Assembly (NCBI GenBank): GCA_039586365.1
Contig: JBDHKN010000109.1
Location: 1 to 28,975 of the forward strand
Direction of reading: 5' to 3'
Source: Gemmatimonadota bacterium
GTDB taxonomy: Bacteria > Gemmatimonadota > Gemmatimonadetes > Gemmatimonadales > GWC2-71-9
Length of the DNA stretch: 28,975 nt
Made by a program: the position numbers and the translations under genes. The notes beneath the pieces are model-generated. The model did no database searches and was not told the DNA's origin. It saw only the letters and a list, made by a program, of their open reading frames with translations. Shown in pieces: positions 18,711 through 27,778 of the stretch (position 1 is the stretch's first letter; the number at the start of each line of letters is the position of its first letter).

Positions 18711-19549
18711 GTATCACCCTCCCCGGCCGGGCCCGCAGGCAACGATTGCAGCAACTCATCCGCCCGCGCCGCCAACTCAACGACATCGCTGGGGACCGCG
18801 GGCGCGAACTGGGCTCGATCGAGCGAGTGAAGAACATCTCTCAAGGCCCGTATGGGCCAATCCGGCCGCTCCGCTTCGATGGTCTCGAGACACTCCGCCG
18901 TGCTGAGCTGCCGGCGGGCCTGCGGAAGTCCTTGCTCGATGCGAGACCGCACTACGTCTGTGACTGCCGACACCGCAGCTCTCAGCTCGCCAGCCTGAAT
19001 CCACTGTTCGATGGGGGGGTAACCGAACTTCCCCCGCCTGCCGTGCCACACCGGCCGTTCAGCCACTCGCAATCTGGCATGCCCCCATATGCCCATGGCG
19101 ATCACGACGAGTGATGCTAGCACGGCAACGATCCAAGCTCGCTGCTGCCGGCGCGCAAGAGGCCCCAGGGAAGGTTTGGGTGCGATGGCGGAGTCTGCGG
19201 CGGGGAGTACTGATCTTACGCTCACCCAGGCCGTATCCCCTGCGATGTGCTCGACGTGTCCATCAGGATAGGAGAGCTCCATATCCGGCATGACCACGGC
19301 GTGTTCACCAGGCTCGAAGAACGCCAGGGTGAATCTGACGAGTACCCTGCCCTCGGCGTATCCGATGACGGGATCGTCTAGTGGCTCGAGCGTGGCGCTC
19401 GACCCGATGGCTGTCACGTGTGGCACTACGCCCGGAGCGGCGATCACCTGGCGCGTCAGGTGCACGGTGTCGCCGATGGTCACCTCAGGTGGTGTGACTG
19501 TCCAAGCGGAGCCCTGTGCCGCACACAGCAGGAGGACAAGCGTGATCAC
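18707..19549 (-). CDS. Hypothetical membrane-anchored protein of the bat cluster
   Basis: Signal peptide, beta-rich domain, one TM, helical tail; coupled to DUF58 and batA. Confidence 0.7.
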   Translation of the reverse strand: MITLVLLLCAAQGSAWTVTPPEVTIGDTVHLTRQVIAAPGVVPHVTAIGSSATLEPLDDPVIGYAEGRVLVRFTLAFFEPGEHAVVMPDMELSYPDGHVEHIAGDTAWVSVRSVLPAADSAIAPKPSLGPLARRQQRAWIVAVLASLVVIAMGIWGHARLRVAERPVWHGRRGKFGYPPIEQWIQAGELRAAVSAVTDVVRSRIEQGLPQARRQLSTAECLETIEAERPDWPIRALRDVLHSLDRAQFAPAVPSDVVELAARADELLQSLPAGPAGEGDT

Positions 19550-20442
19550 CGTCTCAGCCGCCGGGCTCTCTCAGCGAATACACGATGCAGGACCTCCGCA
19601 TACGGACGGTCGGTTCTCAGGGCAACGTGGTCCACACCGGCCTGCTTGAGAGCGCGCGCCCGGGCGAGCCTGACCCCCTCTGCCGCGATCTGCAGCTTGA
19701 GACGTGCTCCCTCACTCGAGGTGTCTATGAGGATCCGATCATCCGACTCGGCGTCACCAAGATCGATCCAACCCACATTTGGCAGGTTACTTTCCCGCGT
19801 GTCGTCCACCGTTATGGCCACGACCTCGTGGCGACGCACCAGACTACGCAGCGCCTCTTCCCATCCTTTGGCTCGGAAATCGGACAGGACGACAACTATG
19901 GAGTGATGCCGCAACAAGCGCGAAACGTAGTTGAGCGCCAGCGCGATATTGGTACCACGCTGCTGGGGGGCAAACGCTATGAGGTCGCGGATCACTCGCA
20001 GCGCGTGTCTCCTGCCCTTGGTTGGCGGGACGACATGATCGATGCCGGAGGAAAATATCACGGCGCCGACGCGGTCGTTTTGCCTGGCGGCGGCGAGGGC
20101 CAGCACGGCGGCGACCTCAACAGCCCGCTCGGCCTTAGTGCACGGCCGACCGAACTCCACCGACCCCGAGCGATCCACCACGAGCATCAACGTCAGTTCA
20201 CGCTCTTCCTCGAATGTCTTGACGTAGGGAGATCCCATCCGAGCCGATACGTTCCAGTCAATGGAGCGGTACTCGTCACCGGGCTGGTAGGCGCGCACCT
20301 CTGCGAACTCGATACCCTGGCCGCGGAATACGGAGCGGTATTCACCCGAGAAGAGAGTGTTCACGAGCCGCCGCGCCCGGAGCTCGATTCGCTTCACCTG
20401 CCGCAGAACGTCTGCTCCGACGACACGGGCTGGATGCATCAC
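19546..20442 (-). CDS. DUF58 domain protein
   Basis: GEYRSVFRGQGIEFAEVRAYQPGD, IDWNVSAR, FEEERE, VDRSGS, LSDF. Confidence 0.92.
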   Translation of the reverse strand: MMHPARVVGADVLRQVKRIELRARRLVNTLFSGEYRSVFRGQGIEFAEVRAYQPGDEYRSIDWNVSARMGSPYVKTFEEERELTLMLVVDRSGSVEFGRPCTKAERAVEVAAVLALAAARQNDRVGAVIFSSGIDHVVPPTKGRRHALRVIRDLIAFAPQQRGTNIALALNYVSRLLRHHSIVVVLSDFRAKGWEEALRSLVRRHEVVAITVDDTRESNLPNVGWIDLGDAESDDRILIDTSSEGARLKLQIAAEGVRLARARALKQAGVDHVALRTDRPYAEVLHRVFAERARRLRR

Positions 20443-21413
20443 GGAACTTCCACCGCCTCCAGTATCTGCCGGATCAGGTCATCGGACGTAACGTCCTCGG
20501 CTTCCGCTTCAAATGTGAGCAGCACGCGGTGACGCAACACATCGGGTGCCATCGCCTTTACATCTTCAGGCACCACGTAGGCGCGGCCGCGGATGAATGC
20601 GTGTGCTCGCGCCGCTTGGGCCAGGTAGATCGTGGCCCGCGGACTGGCGCCGTAGGCTATCAACGGACGGATATCATGCAGACCTATGGCTTGTGGCTCG
20701 CGGGTTGCCCTCACCACGTCCACGACATAGTCGACCAGCTTCTGATCCATGTAGAGTTCGGCAATCGTCTGCCGCAGCCTGAGGATCTCGCTGGGTTCGG
20801 CCATGGGCTCCAGGGGGATCGGCCGGCCACCCGACATGCGCCAGAGCACTTCCTTTTCTTCCTCGCGGGAGGGATAGCGCACCTTGATCTTGAGCATGAA
20901 ACGATCGAGCTGAGCTTCCGGAAGGGGGTAGGTACCTTCCTGCTCGATCGGGTTTTGGGTTGCCAACACCATGAACGGCTCGTCGAGACGATGGGTCTCG
21001 CCACCGATGGTGACCTGCGTCTCCTGCATCGCCTCGAGCAGCGCCGCTTGGACCTTGGGAGGCGAGCGGTTGATCTCGTCGGCTAGGACTATGTTGGCAA
21101 ACAGCGGCCCCCGCTTGGGGTAGAATTCGTTGGTCTTCTGATTGAACACCATCGTGCCGATGATGTCTGCGGGAAGCAGATCCGGGGTGAATTGAATGCG
21201 CTGAAACGCGGTTCGGATCACTTCCGCCAGAGAACGTACTGCCAGTGTCTTGGCTAGACCGGGCACTCCCTCGAGCAAGACGTGCCCTCCGGTCAGCAGG
21301 CCGATGAGCATGCGTTCTATCATCGACTCCTGGCCGACCAGTCGCCTGCCGATCTCCTTGGTGATGGCCTCGGTAACGGTCGCGTCCACCGTCTTGGTCG
21401 CCCGCGAGGTCAT
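20439..21413 (-). CDS. moxR: MoxR-family AAA+ ATPase
   Basis: LLEGVPGLAKT, RIQFTPDLLPAD, LADEINR, ATQNPIEQEGTYPLPEAQLDRF, GASPRA. Confidence 0.96.
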   Translation of the reverse strand: MTSRATKTVDATVTEAITKEIGRRLVGQESMIERMLIGLLTGGHVLLEGVPGLAKTLAVRSLAEVIRTAFQRIQFTPDLLPADIIGTMVFNQKTNEFYPKRGPLFANIVLADEINRSPPKVQAALLEAMQETQVTIGGETHRLDEPFMVLATQNPIEQEGTYPLPEAQLDRFMLKIKVRYPSREEEKEVLWRMSGGRPIPLEPMAEPSEILRLRQTIAELYMDQKLVDYVVDVVRATREPQAIGLHDIRPLIAYGASPRATIYLAQAARAHAFIRGRAYVVPEDVKAMAPDVLRHRVLLTFEAEAEDVTSDDLIRQILEAVEVP

Positions 21414-21519
21414 GAGATTTCACCGCTGGCCAGAGTGGGCCCCGGCGCGGAAGTACGGTTTCGTGTTTCGTGCACGAGTGTCGAATCCAGTTTGCCCATG
21501 CGTCAGCCTGTGCCAGTAG

Positions 21520-23157
21520 TCAACGTTTGATGCGTTCCCCATCATCTTCGTAGCGGAACACCCAAGCGGCGAACCGGGATGGAGATATCTCGTCGCTGGC
21601 AGAGAGCGCCCCCCACTCGAAATCGCTCCCCGAGCCCTGCGCTCTGGCGCGTTCTTGCTCCACCATTCTGGCCGCCCGCTGGATCCATATGTGGCAGTTC
21701 TCCGTGCGGAGATCTACCCAACCTCGTCCCACCGTTCGCTCCAGATCATCTCCTGCGCTGTAGGGTACCGCAACCCTCTCGGCCCGGTACACCCTCTCGT
21801 CCGGAATGATGATCGGGATGCCTACCGAGACGATCGTGGCCCGCAGATCCGCATCCTCAGCGATGACGCGTACCGCGCCCGCCGACAGCTCGGCGGCATC
21901 GCTCTCAGCCAACTCCTCAACCGATTGCTTGAGTCGCGATAGAATAAACGCTTCGTACAGGAGCTTGGCGAGACGTGGCGGGCCAAGATTCTCGAACGCG
22001 ATCGAGCGAGTGCCATGCTGCGCTTCGAGATCCCGGAGTCTCTCGATGGCTGCCGCCCGAAGGACACCGGCGCGATAGGTGGGCCCGGACGTCGCGGAGT
22101 CCAGTGCGGCAATTATGTCTCGTCCGGTGGGCCGCCCCTGCAACTCCATGATCACATGATCGGCCACTTCTTCAGGGGTGATGAACTCCATCTGTCCCAG
22201 AGCTGTCAACGTCTCAAACTCATCCCGCGCGAACAGTCCGTTCTCTCCCGTGTTTATGTAGACCGAACGCAGTGGATCGCCGGTGTTCGACCAGCCTGTT
22301 GCACCGGGACAGAAAGCGGCGTCCAGAGGAATCGCTGTGGGACAGTCGTAGCGCCCGATGGCCTGTGTCTGGCGGCGGATCGGGCCGTACCCGATGTCGC
22401 GCCATGCGATGGCGGTCGTCGGCTTAACCTCTACCGTGGCAGGCGCTCCCGGCGTGCGTCCAACCAGAAACAGCAACAGTGACTGCGCCCCCGCAACGGC
22501 AGACTTGCTGAGCAGCGTGCGGGACGGCCGTTCCTCCGAGTGAGTATACGGGATATTCATACCCATGCCCCCCGTTCCACTCGTCCCGATCTTCGCGTAC
22601 GCCTCGGTCCCGGCGACCTTCATAGACTCCACCAAAACCTGCACGTGGCGGATCAACTGCGGCATGGTCAAGGTGAGGATGTGCTCCTCGATCTGTCTGC
22701 CGGTAACCGGCCCGCTCCGCGCCTCCTCTAAGAGATCACGGGCGCTGTGAAATACATCGCGATACGCCACGGCAGTGGCCGTGTTGATGCAATCCACCAC
22801 GGCGTGAGGCCTATAGCGTTGAAACAACTGGAAAAGAAAGCTCCGATGCAACACATCATCGGTGAGTTCGCCCAGCAGATCGCTGATCACAAGCTGTCGC
22901 AGCCTATCGTTCGCCAACATGGACTTCCGATCCAGACGAGCAGCGTCCGTGGGTAGGAACACATCCCCCCAGGCCGTCGCTATCTCGGTATCTCCGGCAC
23001 TGCGGCGGAAGTGTTGCGCAGCCTCCTGCACCTCGCTCTCATATAGAGCAACCAGCACTATCTTGCCCAGTCGATGTTCCAGCAGACGACGAGTAATTGC
23101 ACGACCTACCAGCCCGCTTCCTCCCAGGATCAGGATGGTCTTGTCTCGCAGTTCCAT
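21520..23157 (-). CDS. Atypical, long short-chain-dehydrogenase-like Rossmann protein, function unknown
   Basis: N-terminal ILILGGSGLVG nucleotide-binding motif; 545-aa intact ORF. Confidence 0.7.
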   Translation of the reverse strand: MELRDKTILILGGSGLVGRAITRRLLEHRLGKIVLVALYESEVQEAAQHFRRSAGDTEIATAWGDVFLPTDAARLDRKSMLANDRLRQLVISDLLGELTDDVLHRSFLFQLFQRYRPHAVVDCINTATAVAYRDVFHSARDLLEEARSGPVTGRQIEEHILTLTMPQLIRHVQVLVESMKVAGTEAYAKIGTSGTGGMGMNIPYTHSEERPSRTLLSKSAVAGAQSLLLFLVGRTPGAPATVEVKPTTAIAWRDIGYGPIRRQTQAIGRYDCPTAIPLDAAFCPGATGWSNTGDPLRSVYINTGENGLFARDEFETLTALGQMEFITPEEVADHVIMELQGRPTGRDIIAALDSATSGPTYRAGVLRAAAIERLRDLEAQHGTRSIAFENLGPPRLAKLLYEAFILSRLKQSVEELAESDAAELSAGAVRVIAEDADLRATIVSVGIPIIIPDERVYRAERVAVPYSAGDDLERTVGRGWVDLRTENCHIWIQRAARMVEQERARAQGSGSDFEWGALSASDEISPSRFAAWVFRYEDDGERIKR

Positions 23158-23170
23158 GTGAAGCTCGTCT

Positions 23171-23884
23171 CTATGCGGCTCGCGTGGCGCTCACCGCGGT
23201 GATTTCGCGTTTGGTGAGATACCGCCATTCACCACTGTGCAGCCTACCCAAGCGAACTGGACCGTGACTAGTTCGGGTGAGACGCTCCACCGTCAAGCCC
23301 AGTAGGTGACAAACCCTACGGACTATTCTATGGCGTCCCTCCGTCAGCACCAGTACGATCTCTGCCGCTCCACTCCTCAAGGAGCGGACTTCCGACCGCA
23401 CGATCCGAACCTGTCGGCGATCCACCATGATCGGTTGGTCCAAGGCCTCGGCTATGGCGCCATACTGGAGACCATGTACGCGCACGCGGTAAGTGCGTTG
23501 CACCGCGTAGCGGGGATGGGTCAACCGGTTTACGGCCTGCCCATCCGTGGTCAGAAGCAGCAGTCCCTCAGTCATGACGTCGAGCCGGCCCACATAGGTA
23601 AGACCGGGGATCGCAGGGACGAGATCGAATACAGTCGGTCGCCCGCGCTCGTCATGCTTAGTGACGACGTACCCGACCGGTTTGTTTAGCGCAATCCACA
23701 CCGCGGCACCGGGCGTTACCCTGCGCCGGCCTACCGTCACGAGGTCCACGGCAGGGTCGACGCTCATTCCTATGGTAGCCACGTGCCCGTTTACCAGCAC
23801 CTGTCCCTTTCTTATCAACTCCTCGGCACCACGCCGTGATGCGAATCCCGCCCGCGCCAAGACCCGTTGCAGGCGGACGGGCAT
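23171..23884 (-). CDS. rluB: rRNA pseudouridine synthase (RsuA/RluB family, S4 domain)
   Basis: RLQRVLARAGFASRR, LNKPVG, VGRLD, LTEGR..IVRR; follows scpAB. Confidence 0.88.
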   Translation of the reverse strand: MPVRLQRVLARAGFASRRGAEELIRKGQVLVNGHVATIGMSVDPAVDLVTVGRRRVTPGAAVWIALNKPVGYVVTKHDERGRPTVFDLVPAIPGLTYVGRLDVMTEGLLLLTTDGQAVNRLTHPRYAVQRTYRVRVHGLQYGAIAEALDQPIMVDRRQVRIVRSEVRSLRSGAAEIVLVLTEGRHRIVRRVCHLLGLTVERLTRTSHGPVRLGRLHSGEWRYLTKREITAVSATRAA

Positions 23885-24438
23885 TACTCAGTGGTCTCCG
23901 GTATCGGTTCGGGATACCGCAGCGCGACCGACAGTTCCTCCAGTTTGGGCAGTTGGTCCGTACTGTTGAGACCCAACAGCTGCAAGAAAGCGCCGGTTGT
24001 GCCGTACAGCAGCGGTCGGCCGATCCCGTCGGCCCTCCCAACCACCCCGATCAACCCACGTTCTTGCAGTGAGCGGAGCACGCCTTCCACCGACACACCG
24101 CGAATCTCTTCTATCTCTGCCCTGCCCACAGGTTGCCGGTACGCTATGATCGCGAGCGTCTCCAGGGCGGCAACCGAAAGCCGCCGGGGCCGAGTGACCA
24201 AGTTGGCCTGTGCAATGGTGTCTGCGAATTCGCGCCGCGTCAGTATCTGATATCCGGCCGCCACGTCGACGAGTTCCACACCGTGGCCAGATCGATCGTA
24301 TTCCTCACCCAACTGCTGTAGTGCTGTGAGTAACTCGGTCTCGGTGGCATCCCGATCCAGAGCTGCAAGCTCTTTCAGCGAGAGCGGGCTGTCAGATGAA
24401 AACAGCGCTGCCTCGATCAACCGCGCCAGTCTATCCAC
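23884..24438 (-). CDS. scpB: SMC-Scp complex subunit ScpB
   Basis: IEAALF, LSVAALETLAIIAYRQPV.RAEIEEIRGV, GRPLLYGTT..FL. Start placed at GTG 24438. Confidence 0.95.
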   Translation of the reverse strand: MDRLARLIEAALFSSDSPLSLKELAALDRDATETELLTALQQLGEEYDRSGHGVELVDVAAGYQILTRREFADTIAQANLVTRPRRLSVAALETLAIIAYRQPVGRAEIEEIRGVSVEGVLRSLQERGLIGVVGRADGIGRPLLYGTTGAFLQLLGLNSTDQLPKLEELSVALRYPEPIPETTE

Positions 24439-25147
24439 CAGCGACTCCCACCGATCCAAAGGGCACAGCCTGGACCAGTTGCACCCGACCCACGCGAGCA
24501 AGCTCCAGCAGCGCCATTAATGCGGACAGGATGTCTGCCGCCGTCGGTTCCGGGCCGAGCAGCTCCGCAAGATCGAACCGGGACTTTGTAGCGAGGAATT
24601 CCACGATGCGGCGTGTTGCCCCCTCCACGTCGAGCGGCCGTGGTACCACACGATGTAACATCGGCTGAGGGAGCGATTCCACGACTCGGTCCACCGCCGC
24701 TACGATCTCGGCGAGGTCGAGTACCACCGGCGGTGCATCTCGCTCCGGCTCAGCGGGTACCCAACCCCGCGGGAACTGACCGGACCTCAAGTCTACTTGC
24801 GCTTCCAACCAGTGAGTCACTTCGCGTATCTGTTCGTATTCCAACAGGCGCCGGACCAACTCGGCCCTGGGATCTTCCCAGTCTTCCTCATCGAACGGCC
24901 GCGGCAGGAGCAACTGCACCTTGATCCGAAGCAGCCACGCCGCCATGTCGAGGTAGTTGGCCGCTTCATTCAATCCGAGGGCTTCGATGGCCGCCAGAAA
25001 CTGATCGGCCACACGTGCGATCGGAATATCAGCAATGTCGATCTCTTGCTCGCGAATGAGATGCAGCAGCAGGTCCAGCGGACCGGAAAAGGTGTCCAGT
25101 TCTACTACGAACGGCCGCTCCGAATCAACCAAGAAAGCGACGCCCAT
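24431..25147 (-). CDS. scpA: Segregation/condensation protein ScpA
   Basis: FSGPLDLLLHLI, DIPIA, AAWLLRIK..LLP, DPRAELVRRLLEYE, ALLEL. Start uncertain. Confidence 0.94.
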   Translation of the reverse strand: MGVAFLVDSERPFVVELDTFSGPLDLLLHLIREQEIDIADIPIARVADQFLAAIEALGLNEAANYLDMAAWLLRIKVQLLLPRPFDEEDWEDPRAELVRRLLEYEQIREVTHWLEAQVDLRSGQFPRGWVPAEPERDAPPVVLDLAEIVAAVDRVVESLPQPMLHRVVPRPLDVEGATRRIVEFLATKSRFDLAELLGPEPTAADILSALMALLELARVGRVQLVQAVPFGSVGVAGG

Positions 25148-25148
25148 A

Positions 25149-25826
25149 CTAGAAGGGCAGAGGTTGCAGAGCGAACGGAGCCGCGAGGTCAAACGCGGCG
25201 CGAGCTACCAGAAATGCCGGCATCAACAGCAGGTAGAAAACGTCCTTCAAGAAGAAGATTACCGCGAGGAGAATCAGGAACCCATAGCGCGACAATTGCC
25301 GGTACTTAGCGCCAAGTTCTGGCGGCAGCAGATGGTACAGCAGGTGCGATCCATCCAACGGCGGGATCGGTATGAGGTTGAAGAACGCCAGCAGTATGTT
25401 GAGCCAGATGCCCCAGAAGAGCATCCGCTGTCCCACCGCAAGGAGGCCCTCCGCTGGCTGTACCAAGCCAGCGACGATACCCAGCACAATGCTCAACAGC
25501 AAGCACACCACGAACAGCCCGAGATTCGCGACGATGCCGGCGGAGGATACGATTATGTCGCCTCTTCTGTAGTTCTTGTAGTACCGCGGATTTACCGGAA
25601 CCGGCTTGGCCGCCCCGAATACGAACTGGCCTCCCGACCCAAACCAGAGCAGCGCTGGAAACAGAACGCTCATCCAAGGATCGATGTGTTTGAGTGGATT
25701 CAGCGTGAGGCGACCCAACTGCATTGCAGTGGGATCTCCCTGACGCAACGCAGCATAGCCGTGTGCGTACTCGTGGGCCACCACCGAAAGCAGCAACACG
25801 GGCAAACCAAGTATGAATTCTTGCAC
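25149..25826 (-). CDS. Site-2 protease (M50) family membrane metalloprotease
   Basis: HEYAH, GDPT..GRLTLNP..HIDP, AKPVPVNP, FNLIPIPPLDG. Confidence 0.93.
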   Translation of the reverse strand: MQEFILGLPVLLLSVVAHEYAHGYAALRQGDPTAMQLGRLTLNPLKHIDPWMSVLFPALLWFGSGGQFVFGAAKPVPVNPRYYKNYRRGDIIVSSAGIVANLGLFVVCLLLSIVLGIVAGLVQPAEGLLAVGQRMLFWGIWLNILLAFFNLIPIPPLDGSHLLYHLLPPELGAKYRQLSRYGFLILLAVIFFLKDVFYLLLMPAFLVARAAFDLAAPFALQPLPF

Positions 25827-25861
25827 TTACGGGACGTCATCCGGGGTAACAATGCGGCCGA

Positions 25862-25890
25862 AAGGTAACGGTGGCCCAAAGGGGTGTCAA
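25862..25890 (-). promoter_or_regulatory. Sigma70-like promoter for the leftward gene run
   Basis: TTGACA (25890-25885), 17-nt spacer, TACCTT (25867-25862). Confidence 0.65.
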
Positions 25891-25902
25891 AGCCCTAGAC
25901 GC

Positions 25903-25931
25903 TTGACTCTAATATACTTGCACGGTACAAT
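25903..25931 (+). promoter_or_regulatory. Sigma70-like promoter of rpsT
   Basis: TTGACT (25903-25908), 17-nt spacer, TACAAT (25926-25931); RBS AAGGAG at 25971-25976. Confidence 0.8.
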
Positions 25932-25982
25932 TCGCCTCTGACTTTGGAGCCCTTTCGGTATAGCAAGATCAAGGAGTAAGTG

Positions 25983-26234
25983 TTGCCACACGCAAGTTCG
26001 GCCAAGAAGAGGATGCGCCAGGCTGGTAAGCGCTACGCGCGTAATCGCAAAGCCCGCTCAGCGCTCAGAACTGCAATCAAGAAGGTGCGGAATGCGTCGG
26101 GAGATGCTGCTGCTTCCGCCTATCGGGAGGCCGAGCGCCTACTTGATCGGGCCGGCCGCAAGGGGCTGATCCACAAGAACACCGCCGCCAGAAGCAAGAG
26201 TCGTTTGAAGAAGCTGCTTTCCATCGCGAACTGA
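25983..26234 (+). CDS. rpsT: 30S ribosomal protein S20
   Basis: SAKKRMRQ...RN..RSALRTAIKKV, LDRAGRKGLIHKNTAARSKSRL. TTG start 6 nt after AAGGAG. Confidence 0.97.
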   Translation: MPHASSAKKRMRQAGKRYARNRKARSALRTAIKKVRNASGDAAASAYREAERLLDRAGRKGLIHKNTAARSKSRLKKLLSIAN

Positions 26235-26239
26235 CGACG

Positions 26240-27100
26240 TCACAATGCGGCAAGCTCGGCGCCGCAGCGCTCACAGTACCACTCGGTCGGCAGGTTCATC
26301 GTTCCACACTCATCACACTTGAGGGTCTTCGCAGCAGCTTTGCTGCCATCGTTCGACGCCACCCCACCCTTCGGAGAGATCTCAGCCCGAGTCTCCCCAG
26401 TTTGTGGCTCCGAAAACGCCTCGGGAATGATCCGCATCTTGCCGCTGGCCCTCGCAGGTGCCGGTCCCTGGCTCTCGTCTTCTGTCACCGACCTGAGGAA
26501 CTCGAGTTCCTCAACTGGCTCCTTTTGAGGTTGAGTCTGCTCCGCAGCAGCGGGTTTTCCTGCTGCGACATCTGCGGGCTGGGAGGCTGGAGGTGACACG
26601 ACTTCTCCCAGCAGCTTGGTAACTGCTTCAGTTTCCGCTGCCCCTTCGGAGACCGGTTGCGGGCTGGCTTCCAGCAAGCCCATCACCTCATCCAGTCTGG
26701 CTATCTCGGCATCCAGGCTAGTCAACTCCTCCCGAATCTTCGCCAGAGACTGCGTTATTTCGGCTTGCTCTTCAGACCAGCGAGTCTCGTCGAACTCCCC
26801 TACCGTGTGTCGGAGTTCCGCCTCAGCCAGCCGCTCCGCCGCATCAGACTCCTGTGCGGCGAGCCCGTCGCGAACGGTGCGGTGGCGCTCTAGCGCTTCT
26901 GCTAGCTCGCCACTGTAGCTGTGTAATTCGGCGACGACTTCATCCAGGCGATTCTTGTAGTCCCTCTCGACCCTATCGCGCACCTGCCGCGGTGTTTTGT
27001 CGGCAGCGGTCTTGAGTCGATGCAGCCAGTGTTCGATCTTCTGCCGTTCCTGCAGCAGAGGTTCGATAGAGTCAACAGACTTCAATGGGTCTTTCGCCAT
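26240..27100 (-). CDS. Hypothetical coiled-coil protein with C-terminal zinc ribbon
   Basis: N-terminal coiled coil, acidic/Pro-rich linker, CDECG..N...EWYCERCG; GGAGG RBS. Confidence 0.8.
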   Translation of the reverse strand: MAKDPLKSVDSIEPLLQERQKIEHWLHRLKTAADKTPRQVRDRVERDYKNRLDEVVAELHSYSGELAEALERHRTVRDGLAAQESDAAERLAEAELRHTVGEFDETRWSEEQAEITQSLAKIREELTSLDAEIARLDEVMGLLEASPQPVSEGAAETEAVTKLLGEVVSPPASQPADVAAGKPAAAEQTQPQKEPVEELEFLRSVTEDESQGPAPARASGKMRIIPEAFSEPQTGETRAEISPKGGVASNDGSKAAAKTLKCDECGTMNLPTEWYCERCGAELAAL

Positions 27101-27778
27101 CTATTCCTCCGTGTCACCAGCGGGACAACCAGGATAGGGCCCCGCCAAATCCCGCCCCAACCGCATTTTCTCTAGACGTTCAATCTGCTCCCGTTCGAGA
27201 GGCTTCACTTGTCCCAGCATCCGCGCCGTGAAGATGATCTTTGCTGCGTGCTCCAGACTCTCCATGCGGATCCGAGCTTCGTCGAGCGTGGGCCCCATGG
27301 TCACCGCACCGTGGTTCGCCAGGATCACTGCATTGTAGCCCGATATGTACGGTTCCAACACCTCACCGAGATGAGGCGTGCCGGGCGTCCCGTAGGGAAC
27401 CAAGGGCACGTGGCCCAACTGAAAAATAAGTTCTGGCAATACACATTCGTCAAATGCCAGTCCGGCCACACCGAATCCGGTGGCCACCGGTGGATGCGCA
27501 TGCACTACCGCCCCGACGTCGTGCCGTTGGCTGAGAATGCGCAAATGCATGTCGAGCTCACTGGACGGCGTGCGGAAACCCCTGACGCGCCGTCCGGAGA
27601 AATCTACCTCCACAATGTCATCGGGCCCCAACTCGGCTTTGATCAGCCCACTCGGCGTCACCAAGGCCCGATCGCTCCCGATTCTGACTGCTACGTTGCC
27701 GTCAGCACCAGCAATCAGGCCGGCTCGGGCCAGGCTGCGGCAACAGTCCGCGATCCTGCGGGCTGTGTCCAGCCTCAT
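27101..27778 (-). CDS. Class II aldolase/adducin family protein
   Basis: DGNVAVR, VTPSG, PSSE..MH, VVHAHPP, LANHGAVT. Confidence 0.92.
   Translation of the reverse strand: MRLDTARRIADCCRSLARAGLIAGADGNVAVRIGSDRALVTPSGLIKAELGPDDIVEVDFSGRRVRGFRTPSSELDMHLRILSQRHDVGAVVHAHPPVATGFGVAGLAFDECVLPELIFQLGHVPLVPYGTPGTPHLGEVLEPYISGYNAVILANHGAVTMGPTLDEARIRMESLEHAAKIIFTARMLGQVKPLEREQIERLEKMRLGRDLAGPYPGCPAGDTEE

Noticed and set aside
21468..21477. Perfect palindrome TCGTGCACGA upstream of moxR
   Set aside because: A single 10-bp palindrome in GC-rich DNA with no supporting promoter evidence.
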